The notes beneath the pieces were generated by a model. That model saw nothing but the letters and a program-made list of their open reading frames with translations, searched no databases and was not told where the DNA came from. From NCBI GenBank assembly GCA_963790205.1, contig CAWBNQ010000003.1:480001-544000 (forward strand): a stretch of DNA of 64,000 nucleotides, written 5' to 3'. Source of the DNA: Nitrospirota bacterium. GTDB taxonomy: Bacteria > Nitrospirota > UBA9217. Made by a program: the position numbers and the translations under genes. This document shows, piece by piece, positions 1-9,756 of the stretch (positions within the stretch are counted from its first letter, which is position 1; each line of letters starts with the position of its first letter).

Positions 1-1334
1 CCGAGCAGGTTGTAGCTGAAGTAAAAAAATCGGGCCTCCGCGGCAGGGGCGGCGCCGGGTTCCTGACCGGACTCAAGTGGGAACTTTGCGCGCGCGTTCA
101 GGGCGACGTCAAGTATATCCTGTGCAACGGCGACGAAGGCGACCCCGGGGCGTTCATGGACCGCAGCGTCATGGAAGCGGACCCCCATTCTGTGCTCGAG
201 GGCATGATCATTGCTGCCAAGGGGATTAACGCCCATTATGGCTATATATATGTAAGGGCCGAGTACCCCCTGGCCGTGCATCGTCTTCAACTCGCGATCG
301 AACAGGCCAAGGACCGGGGCCTTCTGGGCAAGGACATCCTGGGCACTGGTTTCGACCTTGATATCGAAATCTATCAGGGGGCAGGCGCCTTTGTGTGCGG
401 TGAAGAAACGGCGCTCATGGCGTCGATCGAGGGCAAGCGCGGCATGCCGCGGCCCAAGCCGCCGTTTCCTGCGGTCAAGGGCCTTTGGATGAGGCCGTCG
501 GTGCTGAACAACGTCGAGACCTTCGCGAACGTGCCACCGATCATCCTGAACGGTGCAGACTGGTTCTCGAGCCTCGGTACGGAGAAGAGCAAGGGGACGA
601 AGGTGTTCGCGCTGTCCGGCGCTCTCAACAACATCGGCCTCGTCGAAGTGCCCATGGGCATCCCGCTCAAGACCATTATCTTCGACATCGGCGGCGGCAT
701 CAAGGGGGGCAGAAAGTTCAAGGCCGTGCAGATGGGCGGTCCTTCCGGCGGCTGCATCCCCAATTCGCTCATCGACACGCCCGTAGATTTCGAGAATATC
801 AACAAGACCGGCGCCATCATGGGGTCCGGCGGCATGGTGGTGATGGACGAGACCACCTGCATGCCGGCCATGGCCAAGTTCTTCCTCGAGTTCACCGAGG
901 ACGAGTCCTGCGGAAAGTGCGTGCCTTGCCGGATAGGGAACAAGACGCTCCTCTCGATCCTCACCAGGATCACGAACGGCGAAGGCCGCGAGGGAGACAT
1001 CGAGTTGCTCCTCGCACTTTCCCAGCAGATCAAGGACACTTCGCTCTGCGGACTGGGCCAGACTTCGCCCAACCCGGTACTCACGACGATCAAGTATTTC
1101 AGGGACGAATATGAGGCGCACATCAAGGAGCATCGCTGCCCAGCCCGGGTCTGCACGCCGCTCGTCAAGTTCGTGGTGGACGAGAGTAAATGCAAGAAGT
1201 GCGGCCTGTGCTTCAAAAACTGTCCCGTGGGCGCCATTACGTGGGAAAAAGGCAAGGTCGCTTACATCGACCCGGAGAAATGCACGAAGTGCAAGACCTG
1301 CATCAAGAACTGCAGGTTCTGGGCGATCGATTAG
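1..1334 (+). CDS. nuoF: NADH-quinone oxidoreductase subunit F (HydB-like, with C-terminal 2x[4Fe-4S]); 5'-truncated by the window edge
   Basis: Frame is open from nt 3 ([11 protein letters not shown]...[14 protein letters not shown]). [23 protein letters not shown] and SLCGLG motifs, then two ferredoxin CxxCxxCxxxC motifs. Confidence 0.92.
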   Translation, partial: EQVVAEVKKSGLRGRGGAGFLTGLKWELCARVQGDVKYILCNGDEGDPGAFMDRSVMEADPHSVLEGMIIAAKGINAHYGYIYVRAEYPLAVHRLQLAIEQAKDRGLLGKDILGTGFDLDIEIYQGAGAFVCGEETALMASIEGKRGMPRPKPPFPAVKGLWMRPSVLNNVETFANVPPIILNGADWFSSLGTEKSKGTKVFALSGALNNIGLVEVPMGIPLKTIIFDIGGGIKGGRKFKAVQMGGPSGGCIPNSLIDTPVDFENINKTGAIMGSGGMVVMDETTCMPAMAKFFLEFTEDESCGKCVPCRIGNKTLLSILTRITNGEGREGDIELLLALSQQIKDTSLCGLGQTSPNPVLTTIKYFRDEYEAHIKEHRCPARVCTPLVKFVVDESKCKKCGLCFKNCPVGAITWEKGKVAYIDPEKCTKCKTCIKNCRFWAID

Positions 1335-1440
1335 AGAATTTTCGGTTTAAACTGTTCAAGCGGTTTAAACCGTTTAAACGGCTTAAACAGCGTGACCTGA
1401 TTTTGCGGTAAATCCGCGTTGAGCACCAAAGGTAAAAACT

Positions 1441-3612
1441 ATGCCAAACATTACAGTAACGGTTGACGGGAAAAAAGTTGAAGTGGCCATGGGCGCGACT
1501 ATCCTCGATGCGACCAAGGCCGCGGGCGCGCGGGTGCCGACCTTGTGTCATGACAACAAGCTCCATCCCTTCGGCGCGTGCCGCGTCTGTCTCGTTGAAG
1601 TGGAGGGGACGCCCCGCAAGTTCACGCCGTCGTGTACGACGCCGGCGACGGACAATATGGTGGTGAAGACCATGACGCCGTCCTTGATCGAAGCGCGGAG
1701 GATGGTCCTCGAACTCCTTCTGATCAAACACCCGCTCGATTGCCCGGTCTGCGATAAGGCGGGCGCCTGCCAGCTCCAGGACCTCGTTCACGAGTACGGG
1801 CTCGGCCAGAGTCGTTTCGACGCTGAGAAAGGCTATCTTCCCCCGGATCTGGAGAGCGCGGTCATCGAACGCAACATCAGCCGCTGCATCCTCTGCGGCA
1901 AGTGCGTCCGGATCTGCGACGAACAGAACGCGGTGGGCGAGTGGGCCTTTACCCGGCGGGGCACGCGGGCGCGCATCAGCACCGACTTCGACCGGCCGCT
2001 GGACTGCGAGTTCTGCGGCGAGTGCGTCGAGATCTGTCCGGTGGGAGCGCTCACGACACGGCAGTTCAAGTACAAGGCGCGGTCATGGAACCTCGAAGAA
2101 ACCGCGTCGGTCTGCAACTATTGCGGCTGCGGCTGCGCCATAGCGTACGAGACCCGCGACGGCCGGATCATGCGGGTGAGCCCGGCAAAGGAGAACTACC
2201 TGTGCACCAAGGGCAGGTTCGGCTGGGACGCGGTGCATCACGGCGAGCGGCTCACCACCCCGAAGATGCGTGTCGGCAATGAGCTCGTGGACTGCACCTG
2301 GGACGAGGCGCTTTCCATGGTCGCGACCAATCTCAAGGTGATCAAGAACAAGCGCGGGGCGGAGAGCATCGGCGGCCTCGGCTCGGTCCGCACGACGAAC
2401 GAGGACGGCTATCTGTTCCAGAAGTTCATGCGCACCGTGGTCGAGACGAACAACGTTGACATGCTCGCCCGGCTTAAAGTCCCGAAGGGGATCGATGCGG
2501 CCTTCTTCTCCGGCGAGCTCGGTAAAATGAAAGACCATGAGGTCATCCTCGTGCTCGATAAGAACGTGGGTGAGATCAACCCGCTCACCGGCATCGAAAT
2601 AGTGCGCGCCGTTAACAAGAAGGAACGGAAACTGATCCTGGTGAGCGATGACTACACTAAGTTCAACAAACTCGCTTCGGTCGTGCTGGCGGAAAAAACC
2701 GAAGCGGCGCTCGCCGGGCTCCTCAAGGGCCTGTCCTCGGCCTCGGGCAGCGCAGACGTAAAAAAGGCGTCGGACCTCCTGAAAGCCGCCAAAAGCGTTG
2801 CGATCATCGTGCCCGCCCATATTTCCGATACCGAATACAGGCAGATTATGGAGCTTGCGGCACTGCTCAAGAGCGTGACCTTTTATCCGCTTGTCAGGCG
2901 GAGCAACTTCCAGGGTTCGCTCGACATGGGCGTCGTGCCTGAATATTATCCCGGCTACCGGAAGGTGGCAGCGGACACGACCGAGCTTTCCGCCGCATGG
3001 AACGCTATCCTGCCCGAAACCCCGGGCAAGAACGCCGTCGAAATGATCAACGGGATCAAGTCCGGCGTCATGGCCGCCCTCTATATCATGGGTGACGACC
3101 CGGTGGGGAGTGATCCGAACCTCAAGCAAACGCTCGGGAAGCTCGAGTTCCTGGTGGTACAGGACGTCTTTATGACCGAGACGGCCAAGCTTGCCCATGT
3201 GGTGCTTCCCGCTGCGGCCAGTGCTGAGAAATCCGGCACGTTTACCAACCTCGAGCGCAGGCTTCAGCAGCTCAACCGGGCCGAGGAGCCGGTCGGCGAG
3301 TCGAGACCCGACTGGGAGATCATCACGGAGCTCGCGAAAAAAATGGGCGGGTCCATGCCCTACGCGTCCGAGCGGGACATCATGAAGGAGATCAGGTCCG
3401 TCGTGCCTCTCTACGCGGACCTTGCGATCGGCGCATGCTGGGCGGCGGACAAATCGCCGCTGGTCAATACGAATGCCGACCTTTCGCTGGCATCGGACTC
3501 GATCATGAAGCAGGAAGTCATTACCGCCGAGCGGTTGCTGTTCTCGTCAGGCATGACGATAACCCGCTCGAAGGAAATTGGGACTATAAAGCACATTAAG
3601 ATCGAAGTGTAG
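1441..3612 (+). CDS. nuoG: NADH-quinone oxidoreductase subunit G / FdhF-like Fe-S protein
   Basis: N-terminal 2Fe-2S (GACRVC), HPLDCPVCDKAGAC, CILCGKCVRIC, CEFCGECVEICP and CNYCGCGC motifs; molybdopterin-oxidoreductase-like body; lies between nuoF and nuoH. Confidence 0.85.
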   Translation: MPNITVTVDGKKVEVAMGATILDATKAAGARVPTLCHDNKLHPFGACRVCLVEVEGTPRKFTPSCTTPATDNMVVKTMTPSLIEARRMVLELLLIKHPLDCPVCDKAGACQLQDLVHEYGLGQSRFDAEKGYLPPDLESAVIERNISRCILCGKCVRICDEQNAVGEWAFTRRGTRARISTDFDRPLDCEFCGECVEICPVGALTTRQFKYKARSWNLEETASVCNYCGCGCAIAYETRDGRIMRVSPAKENYLCTKGRFGWDAVHHGERLTTPKMRVGNELVDCTWDEALSMVATNLKVIKNKRGAESIGGLGSVRTTNEDGYLFQKFMRTVVETNNVDMLARLKVPKGIDAAFFSGELGKMKDHEVILVLDKNVGEINPLTGIEIVRAVNKKERKLILVSDDYTKFNKLASVVLAEKTEAALAGLLKGLSSASGSADVKKASDLLKAAKSVAIIVPAHISDTEYRQIMELAALLKSVTFYPLVRRSNFQGSLDMGVVPEYYPGYRKVAADTTELSAAWNAILPETPGKNAVEMINGIKSGVMAALYIMGDDPVGSDPNLKQTLGKLEFLVVQDVFMTETAKLAHVVLPAAASAEKSGTFTNLERRLQQLNRAEEPVGESRPDWEIITELAKKMGGSMPYASERDIMKEIRSVVPLYADLAIGACWAADKSPLVNTNADLSLASDSIMKQEVITAERLLFSSGMTITRSKEIGTIKHIKIEV

Positions 3613-3621
3613 GAGCGGACC

Positions 3622-4710
3622 ATGCCCGATATGCATCTGATAATGAATATTATCTATACCCTCGTGATCCCGGCAGCAGCAATGGTGGCCTTCATCCTGG
3701 CCAACGCCATGTACCTGCAGTTGATGGAGCGCAAGGTCCTGGCGCACATGCAGGGCCGTCTCGGGCCGATGCGGACGGGTTGGCACGGGATCCTTCAGCC
3801 CATCGCGGACGCCGTCAAGTTCATCATGAAAGAGGACATCATTCCGGCCAAGGCCGACAAATGGGTCTTCAGTATCGCTCCGATCCTTATGCTCGCCATG
3901 GCCTTCGGCGCCTTCGTCGCCCTTCCCTTCGGTCCGCCGACGAACTTCTACGGGCTCCTCCCCCACAAGGCGCCGCTCTGGGTGGCGAACCTCAACATCG
4001 GCATCCTGTATATCCTGGGTCTGTCGAGCATCGGGACCTACGGCGTGATCATGGCAGGGTGGGCCTCGAACAACAAGTATTCCCTCATGGGCGGGTTCCG
4101 TTCGGCGGCGCAGATGATCAGCTATGAAATTCCCATGGCCTTTGCCATCGTCATCGTCGTGCTTATGGCCGGGTCGCTGAACCTGTCGGACATCGTGAAC
4201 GCCCAGTCGCAGCGGTGGTTCATCATTGCGCTGCCCGTCGGGCCGGTCGCCTTCTTCCTCTACCTGATCTCGGCGGTGGCTGAAACGAACCGCGTGCCCT
4301 TCGATCTGCCCGAGGCGGAGAGCGAGCTCGTGGCCGGTTATTTTACGGAGTACAGCGGCATCCGCTTCGGCATGTTCTACATGGCGGAGTATATAAACAT
4401 GATGGTCGTGTCGCTCCTGGTGAGCATCATGTTTCTGGGCGGCTGGCTGCCGGTCCAGATACTTCCCAACACGGCCATCGGGCATTTTGCTCCGATAGCC
4501 TTGCTCAACAGGGCGCTGGCGGCCCTGCCGGCGCCGCTCTGGCTCCTCGCAAAGCTCTACTTCTTTATCTTTTTCTATATGTGGATCCGGGCCACGCTGC
4601 CCCGGTACCGTTATGACCAGCTTATGGCGATCTCCTGGAAGTTTCTCCTGCCACTTTCGCTCGGGACGTTGCTGGTGGCGGCGTTCATGAAACAGGCGGG
4701 ATGGCTGTAA
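3622..4710 (+). CDS. nuoH: NADH-quinone oxidoreductase subunit H
   Basis: ERKVLAHMQGRLGP, AETNRVPFDLPEAESELVAGY and PRYRYDQLM motifs. Confidence 0.97.
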   Translation: MPDMHLIMNIIYTLVIPAAAMVAFILANAMYLQLMERKVLAHMQGRLGPMRTGWHGILQPIADAVKFIMKEDIIPAKADKWVFSIAPILMLAMAFGAFVALPFGPPTNFYGLLPHKAPLWVANLNIGILYILGLSSIGTYGVIMAGWASNNKYSLMGGFRSAAQMISYEIPMAFAIVIVVLMAGSLNLSDIVNAQSQRWFIIALPVGPVAFFLYLISAVAETNRVPFDLPEAESELVAGYFTEYSGIRFGMFYMAEYINMMVVSLLVSIMFLGGWLPVQILPNTAIGHFAPIALLNRALAALPAPLWLLAKLYFFIFFYMWIRATLPRYRYDQLMAISWKFLLPLSLGTLLVAAFMKQAGWL

Positions 4711-4754
4711 GGAAAGTGAGAAGTAGGAAGTAAGAAGTAAAGGAGTCAACTAAG

Positions 4755-5225
4755 ATGAACAAAATGAAAAAGCTGATCAAGACGGTCTTTCTGGTCGAAA
4801 TAGCGCAGGGGATGTGGGTGACGCTCAAGACCATGCTGACCCCCGCGGTCACCCGGCAGTACCCGAAGTTCAAGCGCAAGCCCTTCGCCGGGTCGCGCGG
4901 CCTCCATGCCATGCGGCGTGACGACACGGGCCTGAAGGAGCGGTGCATCGGGTGCGGTCTGTGCGAGGCGGTCTGCCCGTCCAAGGCCATCACCGTGGTC
5001 ACCTCCGAGGGCCCCGAACATGAGAAGCTGGTGAACTCCTATGAGCTCGACCTGCTCCGGTGCGTGTTCTGCGGGTTCTGCATCGACGCGTGCCCGGTGT
5101 CCGCTATCGTGATGACGCCTGAATTCGAACTGGCCTGCTACTCGAGAAAGGACGCGTTCTATACCAAGGAACGGCTTGTTGAGGTAGGCGACCGGTATAT
5201 GGGCGGGAAGGCGGTAAAAAAGTAA
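4755..5225 (+). CDS. nuoI: NADH-quinone oxidoreductase subunit I
   Basis: CIGCGLCEAVCP and CVFCGFCIDACP; operon position. Confidence 0.96.
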   Translation: MNKMKKLIKTVFLVEIAQGMWVTLKTMLTPAVTRQYPKFKRKPFAGSRGLHAMRRDDTGLKERCIGCGLCEAVCPSKAITVVTSEGPEHEKLVNSYELDLLRCVFCGFCIDACPVSAIVMTPEFELACYSRKDAFYTKERLVEVGDRYMGGKAVKK

Positions 5226-5761
5226 TGGTGAACAAGCTGATCTTTCTCTATTTTGCCGTGGTCATTCTGGTGTCGGCGGCGCTCATGATCACCCGCCGGA
5301 ACCCCATCCACAGCGTGATGTTCATGCTGCTCCTGTTCTTCCACGTCGCGGGGGTGTTCGTGCTTTTGAACGCCGAGTTCCTCGCTGCCGTGCAGCTCAT
5401 CGTGTACGCGGGGGCCATCCTCATCCTCTATCTTTTCGTGGTGATGCTCCTGAACGTCGGCAAAGAGAGCAACGCCGTGCGGGCGAACCGCTTCTGGCCC
5501 TGGATGACGGCATTCGGCGCGCTCATTGCGGCCGAGATCGTGCTCCTGGTGTCGCGCGGCGTCTTTTCCGCGGGGGCCGACCGGCCCATGCGGTTTGCCG
5601 GCGGCGCCGGAGTCAGGGAACTGGGCGAGGCGCTGTACCAGAAATACCTCGTACCCTTCGAGATTGCGTCCGTCATTCTGCTCGTGGGGCTGATCGGGGC
5701 GGTCATGCTGGCGAAAAAAGAAGTAACGAGTAAGCAAGAGGCAGTAAACAGTAAGGAGTAA
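5225..5761 (+). CDS. nuoJ: NADH-quinone oxidoreductase subunit J
   Basis: AEFLAAVQLIVYAGAI and PFEIASVILL motifs. Confidence 0.96.
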   Translation: MVNKLIFLYFAVVILVSAALMITRRNPIHSVMFMLLLFFHVAGVFVLLNAEFLAAVQLIVYAGAILILYLFVVMLLNVGKESNAVRANRFWPWMTAFGALIAAEIVLLVSRGVFSAGADRPMRFAGGAGVRELGEALYQKYLVPFEIASVILLVGLIGAVMLAKKEVTSKQEAVNSKE

Positions 5762-5818
5762 GCAGTTCGCTTCTTCCTGCCTACTCCATACTGCCTACAT
5801 TTATCTTAGGGAGGAACT

Positions 5819-6121
5819 ATGATTCCCCTGTCCTGGTATATCATGCTGAGCGCGGCGCTGTTCACCATCGGCGTGATCGGCGTTCTCACGCGCCGCAATG
5901 TATTCATCATCCTGATGTCCATCGAGCTCATGCTGAACGCGGCGAACATCAACTTTATCGCCTTTTCCCACTACCTGCAGTCGCTCACGGGCCAGGTCTT
6001 CGTGATCTTCGTCATTACCGTGGCCGCCGCCGAGGCGGCGGTGGCGCTTGCGATCATCATCCTTCTGGCGCGGAACCGCGGGAGCGTGTACGTGGATGAG
6101 TTCAATATCATGAAAGGCTGA
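5819..6121 (+). CDS. nuoK: NADH-quinone oxidoreductase subunit K
   Basis: [12 protein letters not shown] and [11 protein letters not shown] motifs; GGAGG RBS. Confidence 0.97.
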   Translation: MIPLSWYIMLSAALFTIGVIGVLTRRNVFIILMSIELMLNAANINFIAFSHYLQSLTGQVFVIFVITVAAAEAAVALAIIILLARNRGSVYVDEFNIMKG

Positions 6122-6211
6122 AAATACAGTCCGCAGTCGATGGTCGCCAGTCGACGGCCTTGCTGTCGGACTGATGACTTGAGAGACTGACGACTGACGA
6201 CTGGAGTTCAT

Positions 6212-8137
6212 ATGCTCAAATACGCACTGATACCGCTGTTACCGTTCACCGGCTTCCTGATCGCGGGACTGCTCGGCAAATATTTGAAGGAAAAGTCGGC
6301 GTACGTTGCCATCGCCGGCGTGGCCGGCGCGTTCTTTCTCTCCGTCAGCGCGTTCATCGACGTGCTCGGCGGAACGATCGTCAATGAAAATCTCTACTCC
6401 TGGATCTCCGTCGGGACGTTCCCGGCGAACGTCGGCTTCCAGATCGACCAGCTGACGGCGGTGATGCTCCTCGTGGTGACCACCCTCAGCTCCCTCATTC
6501 ATATCTATTCCGTCGGCTACATGCACGGCGACAAGGGCTATGCCCGGTTCTTCGCGTACCTGAACCTTTTTACGTTCTTCATGCTCGTCCTCGTCATGGC
6601 CAACAACTTTCTGCTCATGTTCGTGGGCTGGGAAGGCGTCGGCCTCTGCTCCTACCTCCTGATCGGGTTCTGGTATGAAAAGAAATCCGCGTCCGACGCC
6701 GGGGTCAAGGCCTTTGTCGTGAACCGCGTGGGAGACTTCGGGTTCGTGCTCGCGATGCTGCTCATATTCCTTACGTTCGGCACCCTGCATTTCGCCGATG
6801 TCTTCAAGGCTGTCGCGACCCCGGCCGCGAACCACAGCTATAGTCTCTTCGGAGGGGAGATCAGCGTTATCACCCTGATCGCGCTCCTCCTGTTCCTGGG
6901 GGCCACGGGCAAATCCGCGCAGCTTCCGCTCTATGTCTGGCTACCGGACGCCATGGAAGGTCCCACGCCGGTCAGCGCCCTCATCCACGCGGCGACGATG
7001 GTCACGGCGGGCGTATTCATGGTCGCCCGCTGCGCGCCGATCTTCTCGCTCTCACCGGTTGCCATGAATACCGTGGCGATCGTCGGGGGGCTCACCGCGG
7101 TCTTTGCCGCGACCATCGGCCTGGTACAGAACGACATCAAACGCGTGATTGCCTATTCGACGATCAGCCAGCTCGGGTATATGTTCCTGGCGCTTGGGGT
7201 GGGGGCGTTCTCCGCGGGTATCTTTCACCTCACTACGCATGCGTTCTTCAAGGGACTTCTGTTCCTGGCATCGGGCAGCGTGATCCACGCGCTCTCGGGC
7301 GAGCAGGACATGCGCAAGATGGGAGCGCTTAAGTCCAAGATCAAGATCACCTGGGCGGTGTTCATTATCGGAACGTTAGCGCTGTCCGGCATCCCACCCT
7401 TCGCTGGCTTCTTCAGCAAGGATGAAATTCTCTGGAGCGCTTATAACGCACCCACCATAGGACCAGCACTTTGGTTTCTCGGACTTGTCGGCGCTTTCAT
7501 GACGGCCTTCTATTCCTTCCGGCTGATCTATCTCACTTTTTATGGCAAGTCACGTTTAGACCACGAGGTTGCACATCATGTGCACGAGTCGCCGAAGGTG
7601 ATGACTGTGCCGCTTATGATTCTTGCTTTTTTTTCAATCACCATTGGATTCATCGGCATGCCCGTCATCCAGCATGCAAACCTCTTTGGAGAATTTCTGG
7701 CCCCGCTCTTTCCCCATGTAGAACATGCGGCGGAAGCTGAGAGGCATACAGCCGAGATTGGAGCGATGATCATATCGGTCATAATTGCTGTGGCAGGTTG
7801 GCGGTTGGCGAGTAGCTTCTATAAGACGGGTAGTATCTGGCCGGACAAGATCGCTGAAAAATTCAAGGGCACCTACACCCTGCTGCTCAATAAATACCGG
7901 GTTGATGAGCTCTACAACTACATCTTTGTCGACGGGCTGGTGCACAGGCTCGCGAAGGTCCTCTATACCGTGGGAGATGTAAAGATCATCGACGGCTTCA
8001 TCAACTGGTCTACCGCTGCCATCGGCAGGACGAGCGAGCGGGGCAGGAAGCTCCAGACCGGCTACGTGCAGCAGTACGCCTTTACCATGGGCCTCGGCCT
8101 CGTGGTGCTGGTGGGGCTTTATTACGTACTAAGATAA
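6212..8137 (+). CDS. nuoL: NADH-quinone oxidoreductase subunit L
   Basis: GKSAQLPLYVWLPDAMEGPTPVSALIHAATMV and HAFFKGLLFL motifs. Confidence 0.97.
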   Translation: MLKYALIPLLPFTGFLIAGLLGKYLKEKSAYVAIAGVAGAFFLSVSAFIDVLGGTIVNENLYSWISVGTFPANVGFQIDQLTAVMLLVVTTLSSLIHIYSVGYMHGDKGYARFFAYLNLFTFFMLVLVMANNFLLMFVGWEGVGLCSYLLIGFWYEKKSASDAGVKAFVVNRVGDFGFVLAMLLIFLTFGTLHFADVFKAVATPAANHSYSLFGGEISVITLIALLLFLGATGKSAQLPLYVWLPDAMEGPTPVSALIHAATMVTAGVFMVARCAPIFSLSPVAMNTVAIVGGLTAVFAATIGLVQNDIKRVIAYSTISQLGYMFLALGVGAFSAGIFHLTTHAFFKGLLFLASGSVIHALSGEQDMRKMGALKSKIKITWAVFIIGTLALSGIPPFAGFFSKDEILWSAYNAPTIGPALWFLGLVGAFMTAFYSFRLIYLTFYGKSRLDHEVAHHVHESPKVMTVPLMILAFFSITIGFIGMPVIQHANLFGEFLAPLFPHVEHAAEAERHTAEIGAMIISVIIAVAGWRLASSFYKTGSIWPDKIAEKFKGTYTLLLNKYRVDELYNYIFVDGLVHRLAKVLYTVGDVKIIDGFINWSTAAIGRTSERGRKLQTGYVQQYAFTMGLGLVVLVGLYYVLR

Positions 8138-8213
8138 AAGTTCAAAGTGTAAGGTTCAAGGTCAATACGCCGAACTCCGAACACTGAACTAAAGAACTGA
8201 TAGGAGTTTATTC

Positions 8214-9741
8214 ATGCTCGATTATATGCATATCCACATGCTGAGCTTTTTGATCCTGCTGCCGCTGGCCGGCGCGTTCATCCTGCTGTTCATCCGCGAT
8301 GCCGATGCCGTGCGCAGGATCGCCATGGTCTTTTCGCTGGCGGAGCTGGCGCTCTGCGTACCGCTCGTCGCGAATTTCGACACAACAACCGCCGCCATGC
8401 AGTTTGCAGAGAACCATGAGTGGATCAAGGCATGGGACATCAATTACAAACTCGGCGTCGACGGTATCAGTGTCCTGTTTGTGGCGCTGACCGCGCTGCT
8501 CACGGTTATTTCGATCATGGTGTCCTGGAAGGCTATCCAGGACCGGGTGCGGGAGTTCATGATCGCCATGCTGGTCCTCGAGGCCGCAATGATCGGCGTG
8601 TTCACGGCCCTCGACCTTTTCCTCTTCTACATCTTCTGGGAGGCCATGCTGATCCCGATGTATCTCCTGATCGGCGTCTGGGGCGGCCCCAACCGGCTTT
8701 ACGCCGCGATCAAGTTCTTTTTGTACACCCTCGTCGGCAGCGTGCTCATGCTGATCGCGATCATCGCCGTTTATCTGGCCGCTGGCCACACCTTCGACGT
8801 GCTCGCGATCATGAATTATAAATTCAGTCTACACATTCCAGATGTGGGCCTTCGCCGCGTTCTTCGCGGCCTTCGCGGTCAAGGTGCCGATGTTTCCGGT
8901 CCATACCTGGCTGCCCGACGCGCACGTGGAGGCGCCGACCGCCGGCAGTATCATCCTTGCCGGGATCCTCATCAAGATGGGCGCCTACGGGTTCCTGCGG
9001 TTCTCGCTGCCGTTCTTCCCCGACGCGGCGCTTGCCTGGACGCCTGCCATCATGATCCTGTCCGTGATCGCCATCATCTACGGCGCGTACATGGCCTTTG
9101 CCCAGACGGACTTCAAAAAGCTGATCGCCTATTCGAGCGTGAGCCACATGGGTTTCGTCACTCTCGGCATCTTCGCGTTGAACCTCCAGGGCATGGAGGG
9201 CGGCATTCTCCAGATGCTGAACCACGGCGTCTCGACCGGCGCTCTCTTCCTTGCCGTGGGCGTGATCTACGAACGGACGCACACGCGCCTGATCGCCGAC
9301 TACGGCGGTATCGCGGCCAGGGTGCCGGTGTATGCCACGTTCCTGCTGATCATCACGCTCTCGTCCATCGGTCTTCCCGGCACGAACGGGTTCATCGGCG
9401 AGTTCACGATACTTTTGGGCGCGTTCCTGCATCAGAAAATTTATGCCGTGATCGCCTCCCTCGGGATCATCCTGGGCGCCGGCTACATGCTCTGGCTTTA
9501 CCAACGGGTCGCCTTCGGCAAGATCACGAACCCGCATAACGAACACCTGGCGGACATGAATATGCGAGAGGTGGTCGCGGCGCTCCCGCTCGTGGCGCTG
9601 GTGTTCATCATCGGCCTCTACCCGAACGCGGTCTTCGGCATCATGCACGTTTCCGTGGCAAACCTCATCCAGCACGTGAATGCCAAGATGCAGACCGCGC
9701 CGGAAATGACGCAGATGCTCAGCACGGTCATAGGAAAATAA
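8214..9741 (+). CDS. nuoM: NADH-quinone oxidoreductase subunit M, split by a +1 frameshift near 8829
   Basis: ORF 8214 gives the N-half (FYIFWEAMLIPMY); ORF 8842 gives the C-half (KVPMFPVHTWLPDAHVEAP). Removing one base in AGTCTAC restores KFSYTFQMWA. Confidence 0.93.
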
Positions 9742-9756
9742 GGTAAGGAGAACACG

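Noticed and set aside
1345..1391. Short periodic repeats considered as CRISPR (also 34125-34209, 38565-38671)
   Set aside because: No constant repeat with unique spacers and no cas genes.
8214..9741. Programmed frameshifting or true pseudogene in nuoM
   Set aside because: No slippery sequence, no other decay, and the same +1 pattern in three unrelated genes.
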